Positions 19,196 through 28,471 of a DNA stretch of 64,000 bases are shown here, piece after piece. The notes under the pieces are model-generated. The model saw only the letters and a list, made by a program, of their open reading frames with translations. It was not told the origin of the DNA and did not search any database. Within the stretch, counting starts at the first letter, position 1; every line of letters begins with the position of its first letter. Made by a program: the position numbers and the translations under genes. The stretch covers positions 452-64,451 of the forward strand of contig CASDOW010000010.1 of the NCBI GenBank assembly GCA_949282195.1, read 5' to 3'. This stretch comes from an uncultured bacterium. GTDB taxonomy: Bacteria; Cyanobacteriota; Vampirovibrionia; Gastranaerophilales; Gastranaerophilaceae.

Positions 19196-19945
19196 ATGAA
19201 AAGATTATTTCTTTTTGGCTTAATTGTTTGTATGTTGTGTTTTTTTAATGGTGCAAATGCAGCAACAACAAAGAAAAAAAAGCCAAAAACAAAACATAAG
19301 ATAGAATTTGTAACAAAAGACAAGCATATTTTAGTCGGAGATTTATATATCGCAAATCCTCCGACTGATAAACCGCTTGTTGTTATGCTTCATTCATTTT
19401 CTTTGAATGCGCTTTCTTGGCAAACCTTGGCTCAAGAATTAAGACAAAAAGGATATAATGTTTTAGCAATGGATTTAAGGGGACATTCAAGAAGTGTTTA
19501 TAATGAAAAATTAAAAATTAAATCAAGGTTTAAATTCACTAATGCAGATTGGCAAAAACTTCCGGATGATGTTATTGAATCAATTGCTTATGTAAAATCA
19601 AATTATCCTAAGATTAATACTGATAATACAATATTTATCGGTGCTGATATCGGAGCAAGCGCAGGAATTATTGCCGGAAGTACAATGAAAATAAAACCTA
19701 AAAAGTTTGTTGTTGTATCCCCGATGTTGAACTTTAAAGGGCTGTATATCCCTATAAAAATAGCAACTTATAAAGATACTAAATTTATGTTCATTTTATC
19801 AAAGACAGATAAAATCCTCTTTAGTGTTCATTCTTCTCAAAAACCGATAGTCATTACCTATCCTAAAGGCGGGCCTGGAAATCAATTGTTAAAAGTTAAC
19901 CCTCAAAGTACCAATGATATTGTAAATTTTGTAATAAATAATTAA
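19196..19945 (+). CDS. Secreted alpha/beta-fold hydrolase
   Basis: Signal-peptide-like N-terminus (LFLFGLIVCMLCFFNGANA). VVMLHSF...AMDLRGHSRS typical of alpha/beta hydrolases. Nucleophile elbow reads GADIG (Asp rather than Ser). Confidence 0.75.
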   Translation: MKRLFLFGLIVCMLCFFNGANAATTKKKKPKTKHKIEFVTKDKHILVGDLYIANPPTDKPLVVMLHSFSLNALSWQTLAQELRQKGYNVLAMDLRGHSRSVYNEKLKIKSRFKFTNADWQKLPDDVIESIAYVKSNYPKINTDNTIFIGADIGASAGIIAGSTMKIKPKKFVVVSPMLNFKGLYIPIKIATYKDTKFMFILSKTDKILFSVHSSQKPIVITYPKGGPGNQLLKVNPQSTNDIVNFVINN

Positions 19946-19950
19946 ACCAA

Positions 19951-19983
19951 AAATACACTTCTTTTTAATGGGGAAGTGTATTT
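19951..19983. terminator. Bidirectional intrinsic terminator between convergent genes
   Basis: Perfect 11-bp stem AAATACACTTC/GAAGTGTATTT, 11-nt loop, T-rich tail. Confidence 0.7.
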
Positions 19984-20025
19984 TCTTTGACAATACAGTG
20001 GTTTATCCATGGTTTTTATTCCACT

Positions 20026-20856
20026 TTAATTTTTTTTGTAACGTTTTCCGTAAACTTCATGGACATTTTCAATTGTTATAAATGCGTCTTTATCAATACT
20101 CACAACAAGCTCTTTGAGTTTATATAGTTCTATACGAGGGGCAATACAGTAAACCATGGTTTTTGGATTTTTGCTGTATCCGCCTTGAGCGTCAAGATAT
20201 GTAACTGTTTTGTCTAAATTTTGAATTATGGCTTGACCTATTATTTTTCCTTTGTCTGAAATAATTCTGATTGATTTTTCTTCGCTTAAGCCTTGGACTA
20301 TCATATCTATTGCTTTATATGCTACTACATAAGTAAGAGCTGAATACATTGCTTCTTCCCAGCCATATAAAAATCCTGCGCTTGAAAAAATAAAGATGTT
20401 GATAAACATTATAATTTCGCCAACAGAATAGGGGTATTTTTTAGATATTTTCATAGCTAAAATTTCTGTTCCATCCATGCAAGCATTATTTTTAAGAACT
20501 ATGCCTACTCCGATACCTAAAATTGCGCCGCCAAAACAAGCAGCTAAAAGTAAGTCGTTTGTTATTGGAGGAATTTTGTGTGAAATATTAACGAATAATG
20601 CAAGCATACATACGCTGTATGAAGCTCTAAATATGAATGCCATTCCAAATTCATTTAGCGCAAGCATAACAAAGGGTATATTTAAAAGTACAAGGAAAAT
20701 TCCTAAGTTGATTTTTGTAATATAGCTTGCCATTATTGAAATACCGACAATTCCGCCGTCAATTATTTGATTGGGCACTAAAAAACACTCTAAGGCAAAA
20801 GCTGCTAAAAATGCACCAAATGTGCAAAGTAATATGTTAATAATTAAGTCTTTCAT
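20026..20856 (-). CDS. YitT-family membrane protein (DUF2179 C-terminal domain)
   Basis: Multi-TM N-terminal part with NQIIDGGIVGISI, soluble C-terminal domain ending ITIENVHEVYGKRY. Track start 20943 runs into the divergent neighbour. ATG 20856 (MKDLIINILL...) is preferred. Confidence 0.8.
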   Translation of the reverse strand: MKDLIINILLCTFGAFLAAFALECFLVPNQIIDGGIVGISIMASYITKINLGIFLVLLNIPFVMLALNEFGMAFIFRASYSVCMLALFVNISHKIPPITNDLLLAACFGGAILGIGVGIVLKNNACMDGTEILAMKISKKYPYSVGEIIMFINIFIFSSAGFLYGWEEAMYSALTYVVAYKAIDMIVQGLSEEKSIRIISDKGKIIGQAIIQNLDKTVTYLDAQGGYSKNPKTMVYCIAPRIELYKLKELVVSIDKDAFITIENVHEVYGKRYKKN

Positions 20857-20862
20857 ATTTTT

Positions 20863-20872
20863 ATGATAGAAT
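20863..20872. promoter_or_regulatory. Overlapping divergent -10 hexamers serving yitT-like (-) and the SBP gene (+)
   Basis: Minus strand: TATCAT(20868-20863)-AAAAAT-ATG(20856). Plus strand: TGaTAGAAT(20864-20872)-AATTTT-ATG(20879). Confidence 0.45.
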
Positions 20873-20878
20873 AATTTT

Positions 20879-21661
20879 ATGAAAAAGTATATATTCTTAA
20901 TAATTATTTTACTTTTTTCTTCGGTTTTTTTGTGTGGATGCACTAAGAAACAAGGTAAAGTATCGGATTTAGAAATAATTAAAAACAGAGGATATCTGAT
21001 AGCAGGTGTTAAGACAGATTCTCCTCCTTTTGGTTTTTATAAAAATAATGAATTAAAAGGTATTGATATTCAAATTGCTCAATATATAGCTGATAGTATT
21101 TTTGGTTTCGAATCTCCTCAAAATGTTAAGTTTGTTAGTGTTAATGCTCAAAACAGAATTGAAAAATTGAATTCAAAAGAAGTGGATATTTTGGTTGCTA
21201 CAATGAGCATTAACGATAAAAGAAAAATGGTTGTAGATTTTTCAATTCCCTATTTTGTGGCGAGTCAAAAACTTATGACATCTAAAAATTCTAAAGTTAA
21301 TGGATTAAGATATTTTAATAAAGGTGGAAAACTTGCCGTTATAATGGGTACAACAGGAGAAAAAATAGTAAGGCTTGTTATTCCGAATGCTAACATAATC
21401 GGAGCTAAAACTTATTATGAAGCTTTTAAATTTTTAAAACAAAATAAGGTAGATGCAATAATCGGGGATGATTGTATTTTAGAGGGGTTGAATGACGGCA
21501 GATATAAGATAATAAATCGGGCGTTTTCAAAAGAATATTATGCAGTTGCAGTGAGAAAAACAGACTTATCGAAAGAATTATTGGAAGAAATTAATTCTAT
21601 AATTGCTTTTGTTTTAGATGAAAAAAAGTTAATTCTTGTTAAGAAACCCTTAACAATTTAG
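20879..21661 (+). CDS. Amino-acid ABC transporter substrate-binding lipoprotein (family 3 SBP), orphan
   Basis: Lipoprotein signal ending FLCGC. LIAGVKTDSPPFGF, DILVATMSINDKRKMVVDFSIPY typical of polar amino-acid SBPs. No permease or ATPase adjacent. Confidence 0.85.
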   Translation: MKKYIFLIIILLFSSVFLCGCTKKQGKVSDLEIIKNRGYLIAGVKTDSPPFGFYKNNELKGIDIQIAQYIADSIFGFESPQNVKFVSVNAQNRIEKLNSKEVDILVATMSINDKRKMVVDFSIPYFVASQKLMTSKNSKVNGLRYFNKGGKLAVIMGTTGEKIVRLVIPNANIIGAKTYYEAFKFLKQNKVDAIIGDDCILEGLNDGRYKIINRAFSKEYYAVAVRKTDLSKELLEEINSIIAFVLDEKKLILVKKPLTI

Positions 21662-21721
21662 TTAAACATTATTTTTCATTTATAATATTAATGTATAAAT
21701 AAAGCAAATATGGATGAGTAG

Positions 21722-23824
21722 ATGGATAGAGATAAAACAAAAATAAAGTTGTTTTTTTGGTATACGGTTTTATGGGTATTTTTATTTATTGCGCTATATC
21801 TTAGTTATGGTGTTTATTTTGTTGATTTATCTTCTACAAAATCAAAATGGATTGCGCTTTTTTCAGGCGCGATAGCGTTATTGTTTTCAGCATGTAAGAT
21901 ATGCGAAATTTCATACAATAACAATAAATATCCTGCACTCGATAAAATTATTGCATATTTTTATAATGGGGTTAGCTTATTTTTTAAAAGAGAAAATAAA
22001 TTTTTATTTTTTGTTATTTTTTTAATAGCTATTTTATTAATTAAACCTTTGGGAGTTCCTTTTGTATTTTGTTATTTAACAGGCACTATATTTGCTGTTT
22101 TTTGTGGGTTTATCGCTAATTTTATCGCAACAAGAGCGGCAGCAAAAATTTCAAAAGAAAACGGTTCAGGTATAAATTTTGGTTTTAAGGTTGCATTTAA
22201 TTCAGGTGTTGCTATTGCAATGGCTATTGTGGGTTTGGCTTTAATTCCTTTGGCGGTTTTATACCATGCTTATAAAGATTATCTTGTAATAGACGGTTTT
22301 GTATTAGGGGCTTCAATTGTGGTTTTATTTTCTAATATTGGCGCTTCTATTGCAAAAAAGGCAACATCCGGTGCTATCGAGTTGGTTAATCAATTGGAAG
22401 GCGAAGTTAGCGTTTATGATAAAAGAAATCCTTTATTGCTTTTATCCGGAATAACAAAAAGTATTTTTAAGGTTAACGCTTTATCTTTAGATATGTTTTT
22501 GTCTTTTTGCGCTGTAATAGTTGCTTCTATGTCTGTTGGCGCTATGGCGCTTAATTTAATGGGGGCATTTTTACCTTTAATTATTGCTTCAAGCGGAGTT
22601 TTTGCTTCTGTTATAGTTATTTTATTTATTAAAATGAATAAAATCAAAAATCCAATGAAAGCACTTTTTATATCAGGATTTTGCACAATCATATTATTCT
22701 GTATTTTTTCTTATTACGTTATAAACACTTGGTTTATGGGTGATTTAGGATTGTTTTATGCAATTGTGGTTGGTTCATTGTGTGGTTTTATAGTTTGTTT
22801 TATAAATGCAAATTATATATTTGATAAATTTAAACCTGTAAAAAATGTTGCAAATTCTGCTATTGCAGGGCTTTCTTTTTGTATTATCCAAACCGTAAAA
22901 GAAGGTTTTATGGGAGTATTTTTGCCTGTTATAGTAATTGCAATTTCAATTATTGCTTCTTTTATATTGGCAGGCGGAATACAAGCACCTTTGATTGGTG
23001 TTTATGCAATAACAATTGCAATATTAGGCATGATTTCAACTTTTGGAATTATGATGTGTATTAATATTTTTGCGCTTGTTTCAAATGATATTGATGTTGT
23101 TTCAAATACCTATGAAATAGGTGAAGAAATAAAGAATGATGAAAATATAGGAATGTTGGGGCAAATTGGTTATTATATTATTTCTTTAGGTAAGAATTTT
23201 TTAACGACAACAGCAATATTAACTGCTTTAAGTGTTTTAATTGCATTTAGTGTAAATGTGCAGTTAGAACAAATTGATATCATTAATCCTTATGTGCTTG
23301 CGTCTTTGTTTATTGGTGCAGCTTTGCCTTATTTGTATTGCTCGTTTATTTTAAGCGGTGTATCTAAAACTGCTTCAAGATTAATTTTGGAGGTAAAAAA
23401 TCAATTTAAAAGATTTCCGCAAATTTTGCGCTATGAAATGCGCCCCGATTATGAAAAATGCGTTTGTGTTGCTGCAAATACTTCTTCTATACAGATAATT
23501 TTTTACACTGTAATTGTTGTATTTATATTTTTAATTATAGCTTTTAAATTGAGCTCAGAGGCTTTAGGCGGATTTATATTTGGTGCAATATTATCAGGCA
23601 GCGCTTTATTATATTCTTCTTTGAATTCTGCAATTGTTTCAAAAGCGGCTAAGAAATATTTTAAAGATGAATTTATAAATGCACCAATTTCAACACAATA
23701 TAGCATTTTAGAACAAAATAATAGTATTTATTCTCATTTAAAGGATTTAATAACTCCTTGTTTGTCTTCGTTGTTGAAATTTCTTGCGATTTTAGCTATG
23801 GCTTTATCGCCTGTATTTATGTAA
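21722..23824 (+). CDS. Membrane-integral pyrophosphatase (M-PPase, H+/Na+-PPase) family homolog with degenerate catalytic motifs
   Basis: 700 aa, about 16 hydrophobic segments. Scaffold motifs retained: ATRAAAKISKE, FKVAFNSGVAIAMAIVG, EVKNQFKRFPQILRYEMRPDYEKCVCV, AAKKYF, HLKDL. Acidic motifs replaced (see finding). Confidence 0.8.
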   Translation: MDRDKTKIKLFFWYTVLWVFLFIALYLSYGVYFVDLSSTKSKWIALFSGAIALLFSACKICEISYNNNKYPALDKIIAYFYNGVSLFFKRENKFLFFVIFLIAILLIKPLGVPFVFCYLTGTIFAVFCGFIANFIATRAAAKISKENGSGINFGFKVAFNSGVAIAMAIVGLALIPLAVLYHAYKDYLVIDGFVLGASIVVLFSNIGASIAKKATSGAIELVNQLEGEVSVYDKRNPLLLLSGITKSIFKVNALSLDMFLSFCAVIVASMSVGAMALNLMGAFLPLIIASSGVFASVIVILFIKMNKIKNPMKALFISGFCTIILFCIFSYYVINTWFMGDLGLFYAIVVGSLCGFIVCFINANYIFDKFKPVKNVANSAIAGLSFCIIQTVKEGFMGVFLPVIVIAISIIASFILAGGIQAPLIGVYAITIAILGMISTFGIMMCINIFALVSNDIDVVSNTYEIGEEIKNDENIGMLGQIGYYIISLGKNFLTTTAILTALSVLIAFSVNVQLEQIDIINPYVLASLFIGAALPYLYCSFILSGVSKTASRLILEVKNQFKRFPQILRYEMRPDYEKCVCVAANTSSIQIIFYTVIVVFIFLIIAFKLSSEALGGFIFGAILSGSALLYSSLNSAIVSKAAKKYFKDEFINAPISTQYSILEQNNSIYSHLKDLITPCLSSLLKFLAILAMALSPVFM

Positions 23825-23845
23825 AATTATTTAAAAGGAGTTTAA

Positions 23846-24262
23846 ATGGGTATTAGTTCAGAAATATTTACAATTTCATCTAATGGATTTGATGATTTGA
23901 TAGATATAACTTCTAAAGTTCAAGACATTGTTTCAAGGATTAATAAAGAAACTGCCTTGGTTAACATATCTGTTATTGCTCCAACTGCTTCTGTAATTAC
24001 TTTGGAAAATGAATCAGGACTTGTTGGTGACTTTCCTTCTGTATTGGAAAATATTGTTCCTGTTAACAGGGTCTATAAACACGATATATCCTGGCATGAA
24101 GGTAACGCTCATGCACATTTAAAAGCGGCATTATTGGGTAATAATATTACTCTAAGCGTTGTAAATACTAAAATTGCCCTTGATGCCAATCAAAAAATCG
24201 CCCTTATAGATTTTGATGTTAAGCCAAGTTTAAGAAAAATAGTTGTTTCAGTTATGTATTAA
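23846..24262 (+). CDS. YjbQ/UPF0047 family protein (secondary thiamine-phosphate synthase-like)
   Basis: 138 aa. HEGNAHAHLKAALLGNNITLSV and QKIALIDFD match the UPF0047 signature. AAAGGAG SD. Confidence 0.85.
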   Translation: MGISSEIFTISSNGFDDLIDITSKVQDIVSRINKETALVNISVIAPTASVITLENESGLVGDFPSVLENIVPVNRVYKHDISWHEGNAHAHLKAALLGNNITLSVVNTKIALDANQKIALIDFDVKPSLRKIVVSVMY

Positions 24263-24272
24263 AGAAAAAATC

Positions 24273-25895
24273 ATGAGTAATTTAAAAGAACAAATTAAAT
24301 TTTATACTAATTTATTAAAAGATGATGAAATACTTTTATTGAAGTCTAAAGACTCTTATTTCAAAAGCCATTATATAGGTTCACCCTTAAATGTTTTGAC
24401 AAATTTTTCAGGCACAGAAGGTGAAGCGATTATTGATAAAACAGGTAAAATTACAATTTTTGTTGACACAAGGTATCATATTTTAGTTGAAAAACAAGTC
24501 TTTAAGGATGTTTCAATATATAAAATGGAGCTTGGCGAAACTTTTTTTGATGCCTTTAAAAAGAAATATAAAAAAAATACAATAATGCACGTGCCAAGTG
24601 ATATTTCTTTAAATGAGTATTGGAAATTGGATAAATATTTTGATTTAAGAAAATATACGCCCGAAAACAAATTTGTTAAAAATTTGGATTTAGATAAAAA
24701 GGCTAAGTTATTTTTGGTTGATTTAAATATAGAAAAAAATGATTTTAATTATAAAATACAAAAATTGAAAAAAATTAATAAAAATATTCAAAGAATGTTG
24801 GTTTTTAATCTTGATGAAATATCTTATTTGACCAATTTAAGAAGTTATCAAATGAAGTATTCTTCCAATTTTCGCTCAATTTTGTATTTGGATTTTAGCT
24901 TAGATAATTATGTTTTATTTTTGGATAAAATTCCTAAAGATATTCAAATTGATAGTTTGAAGTTTATGAAATTAAAAGAATTTTCGGGTTTTATTCAGTC
25001 TGTTAATTCTGAAATTTCAATAAATATAGATGAAATAAGTCTTGAACATTTTTTGATTATTAAAAAAATAAAAGAATTAAAACACAATAATCTTCCGCTT
25101 ATTTCTTCAATTAAACCAAAAAGCGTTATAGAACATATGATTTTCGCTTCAAAAAGAACGGATTTAGCAATATATAATTTTAAAGAACAACTCAAGGAAG
25201 GCTTAAGCGAGTTTGATTTAGTTGAAATTTTTGAAAATGAATTAATTAAACAAGGGGCTAAAATGCCTTCTTTTAAAACAATACTTGCAATTGATGAAAA
25301 CACTGCTTCAATTCATTATTCAAGCTATGATAAAAATAAGCTTTTAAAGCAAGAAAGCCTTATTTTGCTTGATTGCGGCGGGTATTATGAAGGCGGATAT
25401 GCAACAGATATAACAAGAACCTTTTATTTTGGCTCTAATCCAAAACCAATATATAAAACGATTTATACAAATGTATTAAAAGCATTTATTGCTTGTTATA
25501 TTTCTGAAGAAAATAATGCTAAAAAATTGGATTTAATGGCAAGAGAAGTCTTAAAACCTTTTGAAGATGACGGATTTTATTTTAACCATGGGCTAGGCCA
25601 TGGAATAGGGACATCTGTTCATCAAAATCCGCCAAGGCTTTCAATGAGTTCAAATGACATTATTAAGCCTTATCAGACTCATTCAATTGAGCCTGGGTTA
25701 TATGGAAAAAGCAAAAGCGAAAATGTTGAATTTGGTGTGAGAATTGAAAATTGTGTATATAGCGATATAGATTATAAAAAGCATACTTTGACAAAATTTC
25801 CTTTTGAGGAGGTTTTAATAGACTATAATCTTTTAAATAATCAAGAAAAAACTTTTGTCATAAATTGGCAGCAGGATTTTATGAAAGCTATATAA
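24273..25895 (+). CDS. Xaa-Pro aminopeptidase (M24B, long three-domain type)
   Basis: C-terminal pita-bread fold: LDCGGYYEGGYATDITRT, HGLGHGIGTSVHQNPPRL, IEPGLY, GVRIEN. ATG 24273 preferred over track start 24243. Confidence 0.88.
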   Translation: MSNLKEQIKFYTNLLKDDEILLLKSKDSYFKSHYIGSPLNVLTNFSGTEGEAIIDKTGKITIFVDTRYHILVEKQVFKDVSIYKMELGETFFDAFKKKYKKNTIMHVPSDISLNEYWKLDKYFDLRKYTPENKFVKNLDLDKKAKLFLVDLNIEKNDFNYKIQKLKKINKNIQRMLVFNLDEISYLTNLRSYQMKYSSNFRSILYLDFSLDNYVLFLDKIPKDIQIDSLKFMKLKEFSGFIQSVNSEISINIDEISLEHFLIIKKIKELKHNNLPLISSIKPKSVIEHMIFASKRTDLAIYNFKEQLKEGLSEFDLVEIFENELIKQGAKMPSFKTILAIDENTASIHYSSYDKNKLLKQESLILLDCGGYYEGGYATDITRTFYFGSNPKPIYKTIYTNVLKAFIACYISEENNAKKLDLMAREVLKPFEDDGFYFNHGLGHGIGTSVHQNPPRLSMSSNDIIKPYQTHSIEPGLYGKSKSENVEFGVRIENCVYSDIDYKKHTLTKFPFEEVLIDYNLLNNQEKTFVINWQQDFMKAI

Positions 25896-26656
25896 TGGAT
25901 ATAATTCAAATTACAAGTACGCAGAATGATTTAGTTAAATATGCTCTAAAGCTTCAAAATTCAAGATTTAGAAAATCACAAAAGATGATTTTTGCTGACG
26001 GACAAAAAACAATTGAAGGTTTTATTGATGACGGAATTGTATTTGAATATTTTTTTATAAAAAAAGATAATCCGATTGCTGAAAAAATAAAAGCTAAAAA
26101 ACTTGTATATGTTAGTGATGAAATATTAAAAAAAATTACTACAACTAAATCTCCTTGTGAAGTTGCAGGGATAATTAAAGAAAAAGAAACAGACAAAAGT
26201 ATCTTTTTTAAACTTGATAAAATTGCCCTTTTGGAAAACATAAAAGACGCGGGAAATTTAGGAACTATAATAAGGAGCGCGGTAGCTTTCGGTATAGATG
26301 GAATAATTTTATTTAATGACTGTGTTGATTTGTATAATCCAAAAACAATTAGGGCTACTGCTCAAAATATTTTTAAAATTCCAATTATTTCTACTAAAGA
26401 TATTAATTTTATTAGAGAATTAAAAAATACTCATAAAATAATTTCAACTGTTGTTGATAGCAAAAATGATTTATTTAAATATAAATTTGACGATAAATAT
26501 ATTGTTGCGTTTGGTTCTGAAGCTGACGGATTAACCGATAGGATAGTTAACCTGAGTGATGAAAAATTATCAATATTTATGGAAAATAATGTTGAATCAA
26601 TTAATCTTGCAATATGTGCTTCTATTGTGTTTGCGACATCAAAAATTAATCGATAG
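25895..26656 (+). CDS. TrmH/SpoU-family RNA 2'-O-methyltransferase
   Basis: LENIKDAGNLGTIIRSAVAFGIDGIIL, AFGSEADGL, ESINLAICASIV. ATG 25895 overlaps the upstream TAA (TAATG). Confidence 0.88.
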   Translation: MDIIQITSTQNDLVKYALKLQNSRFRKSQKMIFADGQKTIEGFIDDGIVFEYFFIKKDNPIAEKIKAKKLVYVSDEILKKITTTKSPCEVAGIIKEKETDKSIFFKLDKIALLENIKDAGNLGTIIRSAVAFGIDGIILFNDCVDLYNPKTIRATAQNIFKIPIISTKDINFIRELKNTHKIISTVVDSKNDLFKYKFDDKYIVAFGSEADGLTDRIVNLSDEKLSIFMENNVESINLAICASIVFATSKINR

Positions 26657-26740
26657 ATTTAGTTTCAATTAGCTAAAATGTTTATTGCCAACAGGCTTAA
26701 ATCATGCTATTATTAATGGGTAATATTAAGTGAGGTTCTA

Positions 26741-26941
26741 ATGCGTATACAGCCTGCGATGTTTAAAAGTAATTTCACAAAAAGAAATACCAAAAAATTA
26801 CAAACTCAATTTGAAAGAAAAAATGACTTTCAAAACAGACCAAAACATCAATATACAGGTATAGCAAGTGTTGATTTAGCATACGCAAGCATGTTTGATA
26901 GTGCTATTGCGCAGGATTTAAGAACCATTGGCTTAATTTAG
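26741..26941 (+). CDS. Small hypothetical protein
   Basis: 66 aa, GTGAGG SD. Begins MRIQPAMFKSNF. 23 nt upstream of the pilin-like gene. Confidence 0.5.
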   Translation: MRIQPAMFKSNFTKRNTKKLQTQFERKNDFQNRPKHQYTGIASVDLAYASMFDSAIAQDLRTIGLI

Positions 26942-26964
26942 GCAAATTTTAGAAGAGTTGATTT

Positions 26965-27654
26965 ATGAATAAAAAAGCTTTTACCTTGGCTGAGATTATG
27001 ATAGTTTTATCTGTTGTGGGTATTTTAACTGCTATTCTTTTGCCTGTTGCTTTTCAGTCTGCACCTGATGAAAATGCTTTAAAGTTCAAAAAAGCAAATT
27101 CTATTTTAGGTACGGTTATTCGGGAAATGGTAAATTCTGATAAATACTATAAAGACGGTGATTTAGGGGTTAAAGCAGACGGAAGCGATGTACCAGTTGA
27201 ATATTTTTGCTCTACTTTAGCTGAAATTGTTTCTACTAAACAAATTAACTGTAGGGATACTGTTAATAATGCTTATGCATATTTTGATTATGAAACAAAA
27301 GATTTGGATTTAGCTCCAATCGATACCGCTTGTAAAGAAACACAGCCTGAGAAAGACGAAGATGCTGATATTGTAACAGTGGACGGTGTAACTTGGTATG
27401 AATCAAGCCCCGGAACTACATTTGCCGATAAAAACGGCGATGATAAGCGTATATTTTCTGCTCCTAACGCATCTCCTCCTACATATGAAGACGAATATGG
27501 TTTTGACAGTATATATAAAATTATCTGTTTTGATGTAGACGGACTTAACACCGGTGAAGACCCTTTTGGCTATGGCATACGTGCTGACGGAAAAATCTTA
27601 AATGGTCCAAGGGCCAATGAGTGGATTAACAAATCTGTACAAAAAGACGATTAA
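26965..27654 (+). CDS. Prepilin-type N-terminal cleavage/methylation domain protein (type IV pilin / pseudopilin-like)
   Basis: MNKKAFTLAEIMIVLSVVGILTAILLPV: class III signal with FTLxE motif and a hydrophobic helix. Confidence 0.88.
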   Translation: MNKKAFTLAEIMIVLSVVGILTAILLPVAFQSAPDENALKFKKANSILGTVIREMVNSDKYYKDGDLGVKADGSDVPVEYFCSTLAEIVSTKQINCRDTVNNAYAYFDYETKDLDLAPIDTACKETQPEKDEDADIVTVDGVTWYESSPGTTFADKNGDDKRIFSAPNASPPTYEDEYGFDSIYKIICFDVDGLNTGEDPFGYGIRADGKILNGPRANEWINKSVQKDD

Positions 27655-27664
27655 GGATTGATTA

Positions 27665-28471
27665 ATGAAAATTAAAAATTTAGCAGAAATTGGCATATTT
27701 GGCGGTTCGGGTTTTTATAAATTTTTGGATAATATCGAAGAAGTATTTGTAGATACTCCATATGGAAAAACTTCAGACGCTTTAATGCTTGGAAATATTG
27801 CAGGTAAGAAAGTTGCTTTTATGCCCCGTCATGGAAGAAATCATTCTCTTGCACCTCATCAAGTTAACTATAGAGCTAATGTTTGGGCAATGAAGTCTAT
27901 CGGTTGCAAAAGAGTTATTTCACCCTGTGCGGCAGGGTCTCTGCAAAAACATGTGAAACCGGGGGATATTGTATTTTGTGATCAATATGTTGATAAAACT
28001 CACTCAAGAAAGGATACTTTTTTTGATAATGGTGATGTTCAGCATATTTCAGGAGCTGAACCTTATTGCCCTCAATTGAGAGAGGTTGCAATCAATTGCG
28101 CTAAAAATTTAGGATATTCTATCCATGAAAAAGGTACTGTGGTTGTTATCCAAGGACCAAGATTTAACACAAAAGCAGAAAGTGCATTTTTAACCCGTCA
28201 AGGCTGGGAAGTTATTAATATGACTCAGTATCCTGAGGTACATCTTGTAAAAGAACTGAATATGTGTCCATTGAATATTTCTTTAATCACCGATTATGAT
28301 GCAGGTCTTGTTGGTGATTGTGAACCTGTTTCACATGAGGCGGTAATGAAAGTATTTAGCGATAATATTTCAAAATTGCAAAAATTGTTATTCTCTATTG
28401 TTGAAAATATTGACGAAAATAAAACTTGCGATTGTGATAATAGCGCAAATTGGAGTAAAGAATGGGTATAA
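27665..28471 (+). CDS. mtnP: S-methyl-5'-thioadenosine phosphorylase
   Basis: IGIFGGSGFY, FMPRHGRNHSLAPHQVNYRANVWAMKSIG, INMTQYPE. Confidence 0.92.
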   Translation: MKIKNLAEIGIFGGSGFYKFLDNIEEVFVDTPYGKTSDALMLGNIAGKKVAFMPRHGRNHSLAPHQVNYRANVWAMKSIGCKRVISPCAAGSLQKHVKPGDIVFCDQYVDKTHSRKDTFFDNGDVQHISGAEPYCPQLREVAINCAKNLGYSIHEKGTVVVIQGPRFNTKAESAFLTRQGWEVINMTQYPEVHLVKELNMCPLNISLITDYDAGLVGDCEPVSHEAVMKVFSDNISKLQKLLFSIVENIDENKTCDCDNSANWSKEWV

